Of a stretch of 64,000 bases of DNA, positions 18,257-28,422 are shown piece by piece. A program made the translations under genes and the position numbers. The stretch's first letter is position 1. Each line of letters begins with the position of its first letter. Origin of the DNA: Gemmatimonadota bacterium. Lineage in GTDB: Bacteria; Gemmatimonadota; Gemmatimonadetes; Palauibacterales; KS3-K002. The notes below the pieces were generated by a model. It was not told where the DNA came from. It did no database searches and worked only from the letters and a program-made list of their open reading frames with translations. The stretch spans positions 1-64,000 of the forward strand of contig JBDHJS010000034.1 of NCBI GenBank assembly GCA_039586795.1. Direction: 5' to 3'.

Positions 18257-20359
18257 TCAAAACACCGTCTCATCCAAGTCGTATTCCACTCTCCACGGCG
18301 GGACCTCCGTCTTACCCTCCTTCAAGAACCAATCGAACCACCGCAGCATGCGTAGACTGTAGTCATATCTCGCTGCGGCTCGACGGTTACCGTGGCCTTC
18401 GCCCGGATACAGCACCAGCCGCACAGGAACATCAGTCACGGTCTTGAGTGCGCGGTACAACTCCCGTGACTGGCCCGGGTTCACGCGTGGATCCTCTTTG
18501 CCGTGCAAAATGAGTAGCGGAGTTTGCGCATTCTTGACGTACATGACCGGACTACGCTCGAGAAACAGTTCCGGATCATCATACGGGTTCGAAAGCCAGT
18601 GAACGAGTTCCATCTCTTTCGGGATATCGCTCGTGCCTGTCTTCGAGATCTGGTCGGAGATGCCGACGAACATGACGCCGGCTGCGAACCGCTCGCTGTG
18701 GCGCGTGGAGCCCCAGGCCGTAGCGTACCCTCCATACGAGCCGCCCGTTATCCCGACCTTGTCTCTGTCCGTCAGGCCCCGGTCGATCAGGTAGTCAATC
18801 CCGGCGAGCACGTCGTCGAACTCGGCTCCCATCCCATCGCCCTGGTCCGCTTTCGCGTAGGCAACGCCTCTGCCCGTGCTGCCGCGGTAGTTCGGATAGA
18901 GCACCGCATAGCCTCGTGCCGCGGCCATCTGGCCGGGCATTGAATAGCTGGACAGCCAGCCGTTTCTATAGTGGGACTCCGGGCCTCCGTGAACGACGAC
19001 GATGGTGGGAGCCCTCAAGTTCCCTGAGCGCTCGAGCGGGTGAATCAAGAGCCCCTCGATCTCCAGCCCATCTTCCGCCGTCCATCGAACGATCTCTTGC
19101 CGAGCCAGCGACAAATCGGCCAGCCACGGATTGGAATCGGTAAGCCGAGCAGGCTGAGCGTTCCGCTCAGCGGCCAGGGCAAAGACTTCGCCCGGGTGCG
19201 ACGGCGAGGCTCCCACCAAGGCGACTGCCCTGCCACGTGAGTCCAGGCTGAGTCCTGTAAAGACCGGCTCCGTCCCCTCGTAGTAGACTTCGTCCTCGCC
19301 ACCGTTCGTTCGTGCTCGTGCGATCCTGCTTCCAACCCCTATGCTGGCCATGTAGACGATCCGGTTGTTGGATGCGAAGCCAAAGGCGTCAACATGTCCT
19401 TCCAGGTCGGGCAGCACGTCTCGTAGTTCTCCGCCATCGGAGGAGGCGACCATTAACCGCCCCTCGCGGGGATCGTTGATGTCGATACCCGAGATAAGCG
19501 CGACCGTCCTTCCGTCCGGTGAAAACGCGAAAGCGCCCAACTTCCCCGGATTCTCTAACCGGGCCAAGACGTCGCCCGTCTCAGCATTGACCACGTGGAG
19601 CCGACGATACATGTAGCGGTCGTCTACAAGCGGAGTCGGCGATAGATCCGTCAACAAGCGGGCCCCATCTGGGCTCCAAACCACGCTCCAGGGCTGGCCC
19701 GGCACCTCGACCGTCCGGGGCGTGCCAGCCGGGCCATTCGCTCCCGTCGGCAAGTCCAACACATACAGGCGACGCGCAAGCCAGTCTTCTTCGTAAATCT
19801 CCTGGTTGAATCCCTGGCTTCTCAGTCCGGCCAGGTCGTCGGGTACCGTCTCGCTGGCCACAAAGGCAATCGCTCCGCCGTCGGGCCGCCAGTCGAACGC
19901 GAGGATGTTGGTTTCGTGCTGGTACAACCGCCCGGACTCACCCGCCTGGATCGGGATTACATATATAGACGTGCGATCATCGCCTTCGCGTCGCGCCAGG
20001 TAGCTGAGGAACTGACCATCCGGGCTCCAGCGCAGATGCGACACATTCACCTCCCCACCGACGAACGTCCGCTCATTGGTGCCGTCGAACGACACGACAT
20101 GCAGTCGCGTCCAAGCAGCGCCGTTAGCCTCACGGCCCATCTCTCTCGGTACCGATACCGTATAGGCGACAGCCGAACCGTCGGGTCGAATGGCCACCTG
20201 GCCTACCGATCGCAACCGCGCTACGTCCTTCGGCGTCAGAACTCGCGCCTCGGTCGCCGCATCTTGAGCCCGGAGAATCGGTACAGCCGTCAGATCCGCC
20301 GGCCGTGCCGCCAATGCAATGAGGAATGTCAGTGATACGACCGAACCCCGGCACTTCAT
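18257..20359 (-). CDS. S9 family (S9C, acylaminoacyl-peptidase-like) peptidase with beta-propeller, exported
   Basis: Signal peptide; WSPDG repeats; VHGGP, NYRGSTG, GGSYGG (Ser), EDPRV (Asp), EGHG (His). Confidence 0.94.
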   Translation of the reverse strand: MKCRGSVVSLTFLIALAARPADLTAVPILRAQDAATEARVLTPKDVARLRSVGQVAIRPDGSAVAYTVSVPREMGREANGAAWTRLHVVSFDGTNERTFVGGEVNVSHLRWSPDGQFLSYLARREGDDRTSIYVIPIQAGESGRLYQHETNILAFDWRPDGGAIAFVASETVPDDLAGLRSQGFNQEIYEEDWLARRLYVLDLPTGANGPAGTPRTVEVPGQPWSVVWSPDGARLLTDLSPTPLVDDRYMYRRLHVVNAETGDVLARLENPGKLGAFAFSPDGRTVALISGIDINDPREGRLMVASSDGGELRDVLPDLEGHVDAFGFASNNRIVYMASIGVGSRIARARTNGGEDEVYYEGTEPVFTGLSLDSRGRAVALVGASPSHPGEVFALAAERNAQPARLTDSNPWLADLSLARQEIVRWTAEDGLEIEGLLIHPLERSGNLRAPTIVVVHGGPESHYRNGWLSSYSMPGQMAAARGYAVLYPNYRGSTGRGVAYAKADQGDGMGAEFDDVLAGIDYLIDRGLTDRDKVGITGGSYGGYATAWGSTRHSERFAAGVMFVGISDQISKTGTSDIPKEMELVHWLSNPYDDPELFLERSPVMYVKNAQTPLLILHGKEDPRVNPGQSRELYRALKTVTDVPVRLVLYPGEGHGNRRAAARYDYSLRMLRWFDWFLKEGKTEVPPWRVEYDLDETVF

Positions 20360-20605
20360 GAGACCTCCTCCTGTTGCCGCTCGTTTCGTTCGGCGGTTGA
20401 CGTTATCTTTGGTCTGGCAGCAAGAACGTACCCCCCGTTCGCCCCCGCCGCCAATGCGGCTTCAGAACTGGATTCCCTTGACGAGTCGGCTAGCTTCCCG
20501 GTCCGAAACACGGTAACGAAACCGACCCGTGATGGGAGATTCAAGATGATAACCGGGTTCAGCTTGGCACACCACGATGATAGTCCACGGTCCTGAAGAC
20601 GATTG

Positions 20606-22957
20606 ATGAAGCGAATTTCCTTCTTGCAGCGCCTTCGCGCACTGATCGCTGGCGGACGTAAGCCAGGAACGGGAGAGATTAGCGGTCCCGAGTCGCGTTA
20701 CCGCCGACTGTTCGATGGTCTACCGCTGGGCCTATATCTGACTTCTCCTGACGGCACGATCATCGACGTGAATACCGCTGCGGTTCAGCTGCTGGGCTAC
20801 CCAGACCGCGAAGCCCTCATGAAGGCCAACGCCTTCGACATATTCGCCGACCGCGGTATGCGTGCCGACCAGGTGAAAGCCCTTGAAGAAGAAGAGCTGA
20901 TACGCGGCTATGAAGTCCAGCTGCGCTGCTACGATGGGACCCTAATCTGGGCCCTCGACTATGCGCGGACGGTGAAGGACTCCCTTGGGCGGGTGAAGTT
21001 CTATGAGGGCGCGCTCGAGGATATCACCGAACGCAAGGCTGCCCGCGAGCAGCTGAAGGAAACGAACGAGACGCTTCAGGCGCTCGTTGGCGGTTCGCCG
21101 CTGGCCATCATCTCGCACGATCTCGATGGGAATGTCTTGAGCTGGAATCAAGCCGCCGAGTCGATCTTCGGCTGGTCGCAGCAGGAGGTAGCCGGGAAGC
21201 CACTCCCAATCGTCCCTGACCACGAGTGGGACGACTTTGTGCGAATGATGCGACTGGTTGCACAAGGCGAGACGATTACGGCCTCGGACCTCCACCGCAA
21301 GCGGAAGGACGGGTCGACCGTAATCACTTCAGTAAGCGCGGCGCCGCTGCGAAATGAGGACGGGAGCGTAGCGGGCGTACTCGGCATGTTCGCCGACCTC
21401 ACCAAGCGAAGAGAAGCCGAGGAAACTCAACGGCGACTGGCCGAGATCCTCGAGGGCACGCCCGACCTGGTAGGCATCGCTTCGATCGATGGACACGGCA
21501 TATATCTGAACCCAGCCGGATGCCGTATGCTGGGCGTGGAGTTAGAAGAGAGTACGGACCCGAAACTGGTCTGGGAGTATCATCCGCCGGAGTACGCGGA
21601 ACTGATTCGCAACGTGGCTCTCCCTAGTGCGATCAGCGATGGCTCGTGGACCGGCGAAGTCGTCTTCGCGTCGGCCGACGGTCGCGAGATACCGACGTCG
21701 ATGGTGATGATCGCACATCGAACCGATGACATAGCAGACTATATTTCCGTAATCGCTCGTGACCTCACAGAGCAAAAGTGGCTGGAGGATCGCGTTCGTC
21801 AGGCTCAGACGATGGACGCCATCGGGCGGCTGGCCGGCGGAATCGCGCACGACTTCAACAATCTCCTGACAACGATCATCGGTCACAGCGACCTGCTGCT
21901 TCGCTTTCTCGCGGATGAGCAGGCGCGTGACGATGTAGCATCGATAAAGGAAGCCGGTCAGCGTGCCGCGACTCTGACAAGTCAACTGCTGGCGTTCAGT
22001 CGGCGACAGGTCCTGCAGCTAAAACCACTGGATCTCAACAGCGTCATAGGCGATATCGGCTCTCGACTCAAGGAGATGGTGGGCAGCAACATCGAACTGG
22101 CAACGGTTCTCGACGGGACAATCGGCCGCGTCAAAGCAGACAGCGTGCAGATGGAGGAAGTCATCTCGGCATTGGTTGAGAACGCCTGTGAAGCAATGCC
22201 AGACGGCGGGGTACTCACGCTCGAGACCGCCGATGTCGAGTTAGCTCGCGATTCGGCCAAGCACCTCGGTGTCGCGCAGCCCGGGCGTTACGCTGTGCTA
22301 TCCGTCACTGACACCGGTCTCGGGATGGATGAGGAGACAAAGGCAAGGATCTTTGAACCGTTCTTCTCGACCAAGAAAGAGGTCAAGGGGACCGGTCTCG
22401 GCCTCCCTACCGTGTACGGGATCATCAAACAGAGCGGCGGCGAGATCTGGGTCTCCAGCGAACCGGCCAGCGGTACGACTGTCAGCATCTATCTCCCGGT
22501 TATCGTCGCCGAACGCGATGCGCAAACCACCGGCGTGCCCGTTATCGACGGCCAACTCGACTACGACCGCGAGACCATCCTTCTCGTGGAAGACGAACCC
22601 GCCGTTCTCAATCTTGCAGGCCGCGTACTACGCGCCCACGGCTTTTCCGTGATCGAAGCACACGATGGCGTCGAGGCACTCGAAGCTCAAAGGAACTACG
22701 ACGGAACCATCGATCTGCTCATCACCGATGTCGTCATGCCGAGGATTGGCGGCCCGGAATTGGCCACACGGATGATCGGGCTGCGGCCGGAATTGCGCGT
22801 TATCTACATGTCAGGCTACACCGACAATAAGACGGTCCGCGAAATGATGGCCGACCGAAGTACATTCTTCCTGCAGAAACCGTTCACTCCCTCAGCTCTC
22901 GCCGCTATCACGAAACGCGTGCTCGAGAACGATGTCGAGGATAGCAAGGCCGGCTAA
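20606..22957 (+). CDS. Cytoplasmic hybrid sensor histidine kinase (3x PAS - HisKA - HATPase - REC)
   Basis: Three PAS/PAC units; GGIAHDFNNLL, DTGLGM, FEPFFSTK, GTGLGL; REC LLVED...DVVMP...KPF. Confidence 0.95.
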   Translation: MKRISFLQRLRALIAGGRKPGTGEISGPESRYRRLFDGLPLGLYLTSPDGTIIDVNTAAVQLLGYPDREALMKANAFDIFADRGMRADQVKALEEEELIRGYEVQLRCYDGTLIWALDYARTVKDSLGRVKFYEGALEDITERKAAREQLKETNETLQALVGGSPLAIISHDLDGNVLSWNQAAESIFGWSQQEVAGKPLPIVPDHEWDDFVRMMRLVAQGETITASDLHRKRKDGSTVITSVSAAPLRNEDGSVAGVLGMFADLTKRREAEETQRRLAEILEGTPDLVGIASIDGHGIYLNPAGCRMLGVELEESTDPKLVWEYHPPEYAELIRNVALPSAISDGSWTGEVVFASADGREIPTSMVMIAHRTDDIADYISVIARDLTEQKWLEDRVRQAQTMDAIGRLAGGIAHDFNNLLTTIIGHSDLLLRFLADEQARDDVASIKEAGQRAATLTSQLLAFSRRQVLQLKPLDLNSVIGDIGSRLKEMVGSNIELATVLDGTIGRVKADSVQMEEVISALVENACEAMPDGGVLTLETADVELARDSAKHLGVAQPGRYAVLSVTDTGLGMDEETKARIFEPFFSTKKEVKGTGLGLPTVYGIIKQSGGEIWVSSEPASGTTVSIYLPVIVAERDAQTTGVPVIDGQLDYDRETILLVEDEPAVLNLAGRVLRAHGFSVIEAHDGVEALEAQRNYDGTIDLLITDVVMPRIGGPELATRMIGLRPELRVIYMSGYTDNKTVREMMADRSTFFLQKPFTPSALAAITKRVLENDVEDSKAG

Positions 22958-24165
22958 CTCGTCCGCAGGGCTATCTCATCCAATACAAACTCGGCAAACG
23001 GAATCGCACACGTAAAGGCGGGTGATACCGCATTCAGTATGTGGAACGAGCGGTCATCGCCCTCGACCACGAAATCGGTCACCAACTTGTAGTTCTCGAT
23101 GTCTACGAGCTGGGCACGAATACCCGCTGGCCCCCAGCGACGGAACTGACCGGGCCACACGCCGTCCACGAGCGACCCTGCACGCCTCACGAGATACCGT
23201 TTGTAGTACTTGGGTAGCTCACGCAACGCCACGCTGCGGAATTTTGCCCGGTTGCCCACGAACATGCGGCCTTCCAAGCGCGCGATCTGTACGAATTCAC
23301 CCGCGTTGAAACCCTGCAGACCGCTATACTGTTCGCGCCACAGCGCCGGTACCGCAGTAGGCCCAACCGTCACCGCGCCATCAACCTTCACCGTGAAATG
23401 CACACCTAAGAACGGCATCGCCAGGTCCGGGACCGGGTAGACGTTCGTACGCAATGGCGGCGCGCTCGGGTCAGCGTACAGATAGAGCCCCTTGAAAGGC
23501 AAGATGTGATAGCGTTCGGAGAATCCGAATGCGCGTGCGAGCTGGTCGGCGTACAGTCCGCCAGCGTTGACGACGTAGCCCGCCTCCATACTCCCCGCGC
23601 TCGTCTTGACCGTACTCCCGTTCCGACCCAAGTACGCTACACCAGTTCGAACCTCCACCCCAATACGCCTCGCATCGTCAACAAAAGCGCCAACCACCTG
23701 GGAAGGATCGACCGTAGCCGTTGAAGGCGAATAGAGAGCATACTCGTGCGTTCGAACGCGAGGTTCTATCTCGCGAGCCTCGGCAGCCGTGATCCGCTGC
23801 AGCTCAACTCCGTTGACCTTACCACGCTGAAGCAACTCGTCCAACACCGGCACTTCATCTGCATCACGTGCGACCACCAGCTTGCCGCACCGATTGATGC
23901 TCAAGTCCCCTTCATCGCAGTAGTCTTGAAGTCGCGCGTTGCCATCACGCGTGAAACGAGCCTTGAAGCTATCGGCGTCGTAGTAGAACCCCGCGTGCAG
24001 GACGCCGCTGTTGCGCCCGCTTGCGTGTATGCCGCAGCGCTCTTCCTTCTCGAGAAGGACCACGCTGCAGTCAGGGTGGCGTCGCTTGGCCTCAATGGCG
24101 ATCCGCAGGCCGATTACGCCGCCACCAACGATCAGAAAATCAGGTGAACACTGAACACTGGACAT
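22954..24165 (-). CDS. lhgO: L-2-hydroxyglutarate oxidase (FAD-dependent)
   Basis: IVGGGVIG, HASGRNSGVLHAG.YY, PFLGVHFT, AGIRAQ, NAVSPAFT. Confidence 0.88.
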   Translation of the reverse strand: MSSVQCSPDFLIVGGGVIGLRIAIEAKRRHPDCSVVLLEKEERCGIHASGRNSGVLHAGFYYDADSFKARFTRDGNARLQDYCDEGDLSINRCGKLVVARDADEVPVLDELLQRGKVNGVELQRITAAEAREIEPRVRTHEYALYSPSTATVDPSQVVGAFVDDARRIGVEVRTGVAYLGRNGSTVKTSAGSMEAGYVVNAGGLYADQLARAFGFSERYHILPFKGLYLYADPSAPPLRTNVYPVPDLAMPFLGVHFTVKVDGAVTVGPTAVPALWREQYSGLQGFNAGEFVQIARLEGRMFVGNRAKFRSVALRELPKYYKRYLVRRAGSLVDGVWPGQFRRWGPAGIRAQLVDIENYKLVTDFVVEGDDRSFHILNAVSPAFTCAIPFAEFVLDEIALRTS

Positions 24166-24238
24166 TAGGCATGGAACGTTGAAGTAACTGCCAACGGTGA
24201 ACTGGCTAAACCTCTAACATCTGGCGCCGTGGGGCAAC

Positions 24239-24269
24239 AAGAAAGGGCGCTGCCGAAAAGCAACGCCCT
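24239..24269 (-). terminator. Rho-independent terminator downstream of cstA
   Basis: Minus strand AGGGCGTTGC-TTTTCG-GCAGCGCCCT-TTCTT. Confidence 0.7.
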
Positions 24270-24279
24270 CGCAAATCTC

Positions 24280-24314
24280 TCAATGTCCCATGCTCAGTGC
24301 TCAGTGCTCAATGT
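24280..24314. repeat. Degenerate heptamer tandem repeat overlapping the cstA stop
   Basis: tcaatgt cccatgc tcagtgc tcagtgc tcaatgt. Confidence 0.6.
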
Positions 24315-26035
24315 TCCCCTGCCATCGCTTGCTTGAGCGTCACTGGCTCCGGTCCCACTTCTTCCAGCCAAAACGCCCGCGCCGCCTCGATCGACAGCAT
24401 CAGACCCAGTGCAAACAGCGCGATCGAGATGCCGCGAATGATCATCGGACCCTCTTGAAGGGTTAGCATGACCAGGGCGCTCATCGTCATCGCCAGCATG
24501 AAGGCCATCGGCAGGCCAGCGAACAGCCAGGTACGCCCGGTCCGCTTGAGCCACACCGTTACTGCCAACAGCGCAAGCGCTGCCAGCAGCTGATTCGTCG
24601 CTCCAAACACCGGCCACACCGCGCGCCAGGCCGGCTGTACTGCACCCGTAACGGGGTCGGTGTACTGCACGAAAACCATGAAGGCCGGCAGTAATAGCGT
24701 TAGAACCGTCGCTACCACGCGGCTCCTGGCGTCGTTCTTATCCCACTCGAAGGCCTCCTGAACCACGTAGCGGCCCAGTCGCGTGCACGTATCCAGCGTC
24801 GTGAGCAGGAAAGTCGACAGCGCCAGGAGGCCGAAGTGCGCCCCAAACCGGGCGGGGATACCCAGGGTCGATAGAAACTCTCCAATGCCGCCGGCGTAGA
24901 TCGTGATCGGTGTCTGGCCGAACGCGTTTGCACCCCAGGGCAGGATGACCACCGTCGCCAGGGCGATCACCGCCACGACACCTTCGATGAGCATTGCTCC
25001 GTAGCCGACGCGCTTCGTGTCCGTCTCACACTGCACCTGCTTCGACGTCGTTCCGCTCGCCACGATCGAGTGGAAACCAGAGCACGCACCGCACGCCACG
25101 GTGATGAAGAGGATAGGGAACAGCGGCCCAAGGTGCGCCACACCCAGTCCCGTCACTTCGCTCGGCGCCACCAGCGCCGGCCATTTATGAGAGACCGCAA
25201 CAGCTCCCGTAATCCCACCGATCAGCAGGCCCAAGCCCGCGCCCAGCACCGAGAGGTAGAGCAACCAGCTCGACAGGTAATCACGAGGCTGCAAGAGGAT
25301 CCACACCGGCGTGATCGCCGCGATCAGGCAATAGAATAGAAGGACGACGTTCCACGAGTTCTTCTCGGCGCCAGCGATCCCCGGCAACAACCCGCCCTCC
25401 ACGGCGGTCAAGTCGCCGATCCAGATCGCCAGCAGGAGAAGCGGCAGAAAGACGAACGTCGCGGCCTTTATGCCCAGACCCCGGCGGTACGTCATGTATC
25501 CCATCGCCAGGGCGAGCGCCACGAAGATGATGGCCGAGATCGCGACGCCACTGCCGTTCATCTCCGCGTTGACGAATGTCGCCGCCGTCAGATCCATGAA
25601 AACGACGATGACGTAGATCAGAGCCAGCCAGATGAACGCGAGGAACAACTTGTAGGCCCGGGGCGTGATGTACTTGCGGGCCAACTCGGCCACCGATCGG
25701 GCTTTGTGCCGAACCGATGCGACCGTCGAGCCAAAGTCGTGCACACCGCCCACGAAAACCGAGCCCGCGACGATCCAGATCAGCGCCGGGATCCAGCCGA
25801 AGAACAACCCCGCCAGGATCGGACCCACGATCGGCCCCGCCCCGGCGATCGACGAGAAGTGATGGCCCAACAGCACCGGCGTCCGGGTCGGTACGTAGTC
25901 CACCCCGTCGTATTGGCCCTCCGCCGGCACCAGGTGGCGGTCGTCCAGACCGAACACCCGGCCCATCCACCCCCCGTAAACCCGGTAGGCGACAAGAAAC
26001 AGGATGATTACGGCGATCAGAATCCCTGCGAGCAT
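24308..26035 (-). CDS. cstA: Carbon starvation protein A family transporter
   Basis: DGVDYVP, GHHFSSIAGAGPIVGP, LLQPRDYL, ACGACSGFHS, WPVFGATNQLLA. Confidence 0.95.
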   Translation of the reverse strand: MLAGILIAVIILFLVAYRVYGGWMGRVFGLDDRHLVPAEGQYDGVDYVPTRTPVLLGHHFSSIAGAGPIVGPILAGLFFGWIPALIWIVAGSVFVGGVHDFGSTVASVRHKARSVAELARKYITPRAYKLFLAFIWLALIYVIVVFMDLTAATFVNAEMNGSGVAISAIIFVALALAMGYMTYRRGLGIKAATFVFLPLLLLAIWIGDLTAVEGGLLPGIAGAEKNSWNVVLLFYCLIAAITPVWILLQPRDYLSSWLLYLSVLGAGLGLLIGGITGAVAVSHKWPALVAPSEVTGLGVAHLGPLFPILFITVACGACSGFHSIVASGTTSKQVQCETDTKRVGYGAMLIEGVVAVIALATVVILPWGANAFGQTPITIYAGGIGEFLSTLGIPARFGAHFGLLALSTFLLTTLDTCTRLGRYVVQEAFEWDKNDARSRVVATVLTLLLPAFMVFVQYTDPVTGAVQPAWRAVWPVFGATNQLLAALALLAVTVWLKRTGRTWLFAGLPMAFMLAMTMSALVMLTLQEGPMIIRGISIALFALGLMLSIEAARAFWLEEVGPEPVTLKQAMAGEH

Positions 26036-26195
26036 GCGCTTCCTCCGGGTCGAGATCGTCTAGACGGATTGAAAAAGGTGCCGCTCTCAGACGCCAGCGA
26101 CAACCCCCTGTTCCCCAACAGACGCCGAATCGGCCAAGTTCCCAAGCCGCATAGGCTTGCGCCTCGAAATGTGGTGCCAATCCCACAACTTCTGC

Positions 26196-26224
26196 TTGAC
26201 ACCCCAAGCGGTTCCCAATATCAT
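26196..26224 (+). promoter_or_regulatory. Near-consensus sigma70 promoter for the 26349-28392 operon
   Basis: TTGACA-N17-TATCAT. Confidence 0.7.
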
Positions 26225-26348
26225 GAGGGTCACTTTCCTGTCCGGGGGGAGGTCTCCCCCCTTTCTGAGTATTTCCCCGTTGCTGTCCGAAACCGCGCCC
26301 CTAAAGGGCTTACCGGTTGTATTACGTCACATACTAGGACGGTGAACC

Positions 26349-27596
26349 ATGTTTGATGCTGTTATCGCCACGCTACCCGAAGAGTGGCAGATGGTCGCCA
26401 TGATCGCGACGTTTCTCGTCAACTGGATTCCCGATGCGCAGGCGGCGCTGGTCTCCTACGTGTGGAATCTGGGTTCGGGGAGCGGCACGCTGATGAGCCG
26501 CATCCTTCTCCTGCTCCCAGCCCTGCTGGTGGTCGTTGGGATCTGGTCCACGATGGTGGCGATGTACACCCTGCCCTTCCGCTCACACCGCCGGGAGTTC
26601 ATGACGGCGCTAGTGATGCTGTGGTGGGAAGTCGGACGCAGCATCTGGCTGTTCTGGGTGGGCTTCGTTCGCTTCGCCTGGATGCTCGTCGGCTGGCTCT
26701 GGGGGCTGGTGAAGCTGACGCTCTCTCTGTCTTTCAAGGCGATCCGCTACGTGTTCCTCACGCCGTTCGCCTTCATGGATTGGCTGGGCCGCAAGTACTT
26801 CAAACCTGGCGTCCCGTGGTTCGCCTTCGTGCTGACGATTGCGTGGTGTGCCCTCGAGTCGCTGATCTTTACGTACGCGTTGCTGCCCCTCGTCTCGGAG
26901 GTCTTCTACGACCTATCCGGCGTCGAGGCCAGGAACGTCATCGCGCCGATTCTGTTCTTCTTCCTGTTCGCGGTGATCACCGGCAGTTACGCGATGGTGC
27001 AGGCGCTGTCTGACGCCATGCGGGACAAGGACTACAAGGCGCTGGTGCAGCTCGTGATCGTCGAGTTCTCGGTGATGTTCTTCGAGGTCATCTTCCTGTA
27101 CCGCGAGCTCATCGATGCGCTCACGCCCTGGATTGCCTCGCAGACCGGCGTACGTCTCGGATTCGTGTCCACGCTCGCCTTCGCCTCGATCGGATGGATC
27201 GGCATTCGGGCGATGACCTGGTTCTTCTTCGCGCGTTATGGCACGCCCGCCCTGCTCGCAGTCGTAGCACGACAGACGATCGGCGTGGAAAGCTCGGGCA
27301 TTGAGCCACGACCGCAGGCGCCGGAACCGGATTGGTGGCGCGGGCCGATCAACGCCCTCAAGGCGGAGCGCGAATGGTTCCGCGAGAGCTCTCGTGAGCT
27401 CCTCGAGCTTCTCTCGCTTCCCGTCCTCCAGATTCTGGCCTGCGCCATCAACTGCGCGACGACCGTCATCACCTCACAGACGGCGTTCAAGCTGCCGTTC
27501 ACGAGGCTGGATGAAGTGATGATCCAGGACTCGCTAGCGCAGATACTCAAAGTCCGACGGCCGTTTGCGACTCAGGCCGAGCACGGCAACCGTTAA
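26349..27596 (+). CDS. Uncharacterised polytopic, Trp-rich membrane protein
   Basis: 415 aa, about 7-9 hydrophobic segments, strong GC3 codon bias, AGGA SD-like motif; no family motif recognised. Confidence 0.85.
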   Translation: MFDAVIATLPEEWQMVAMIATFLVNWIPDAQAALVSYVWNLGSGSGTLMSRILLLLPALLVVVGIWSTMVAMYTLPFRSHRREFMTALVMLWWEVGRSIWLFWVGFVRFAWMLVGWLWGLVKLTLSLSFKAIRYVFLTPFAFMDWLGRKYFKPGVPWFAFVLTIAWCALESLIFTYALLPLVSEVFYDLSGVEARNVIAPILFFFLFAVITGSYAMVQALSDAMRDKDYKALVQLVIVEFSVMFFEVIFLYRELIDALTPWIASQTGVRLGFVSTLAFASIGWIGIRAMTWFFFARYGTPALLAVVARQTIGVESSGIEPRPQAPEPDWWRGPINALKAEREWFRESSRELLELLSLPVLQILACAINCATTVITSQTAFKLPFTRLDEVMIQDSLAQILKVRRPFATQAEHGNR

Positions 27597-27615
27597 CCGA
27601 ACGCGGGTGATAGCC

Positions 27616-28392
27616 ATGAATGTTCGTAATAGACTGCGTGCCCGGCGATTCGCGGTTCCAGCGGCAGCCATGCTCCTGCTGCTCGCCAGCGCCTGCGTGC
27701 CGGAAGGTGCGAACCAGGAGCCGCGGATGGTTCTCTTCGTCGGCATCGATGTGAGTGGCTCGTTCCAGAACACCGGGAACTACAACGACGCGCTGCGTTT
27801 CACCGCTCACTACATCTACGGCCACCTCGAGAACATGGGCGACCTCGAGGAGCCGGCGGTTCTGTTCGTTGGTTCGATCGGTGGAGAGCGGCCCGGCCAG
27901 ACCAAGTCGTTCCATCCGGTCCACGACTTCGCGGGCAAGACGGTGGATGAGATCGACGCGGATCTCCACAGCTGGTTCGAGCCCGACGACGCGTTCACCG
28001 ACTTCAATGTCTTCTTCGACCGCGTCGCGGATTTCGTACAGCGACAGAACTTGACGCTGAAGCCGATCACGATACTCGTGGTCAGCGACGGCGTGCCCGA
28101 CGTCACATCACGCGCTGACGCTGACGACCGCTACCGAACCATCAACCTCGAGCCTCTCGAGTACCTCTCGAGGAACGTGACCGTGAGGCTGATCTATCCC
28201 AATCCAGAGGTCGCCGTGCGCTGGGAGCAGGACATCCCACGCAAGCGCGTGCGCATGTGGACGGTGGATGACGAGGTGATGGTCGGCTGGCGCTCCCAGG
28301 TCACTCTGGGTCTGCCGGTCGAGGAGCAGGATCTGCTCTGGCAGTGGATCAAGGAAAACGTGGACTTCAGAGTGCGGCGTAGCGTGCTCTAG
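27616..28392 (+). CDS. Lipoprotein with a vWA-like MIDAS motif
   Basis: Lipobox LLASA-C; LFVGIDVSGS (DxSxS), AFTDF (T), ILVVSDG (D). Confidence 0.8.
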   Translation: MNVRNRLRARRFAVPAAAMLLLLASACVPEGANQEPRMVLFVGIDVSGSFQNTGNYNDALRFTAHYIYGHLENMGDLEEPAVLFVGSIGGERPGQTKSFHPVHDFAGKTVDEIDADLHSWFEPDDAFTDFNVFFDRVADFVQRQNLTLKPITILVVSDGVPDVTSRADADDRYRTINLEPLEYLSRNVTVRLIYPNPEVAVRWEQDIPRKRVRMWTVDDEVMVGWRSQVTLGLPVEEQDLLWQWIKENVDFRVRRSVL

Positions 28393-28422
28393 CCGCACAG
28401 ACTACATGATGGGCCGCGTGGC

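Noticed and set aside
20554..20570. TTGGCAC as a sigma54 promoter upstream of the histidine kinase (also TTGGCAC on the minus strand at ~26174-26180)
   Set aside because: No GC at the -12 position in either case.
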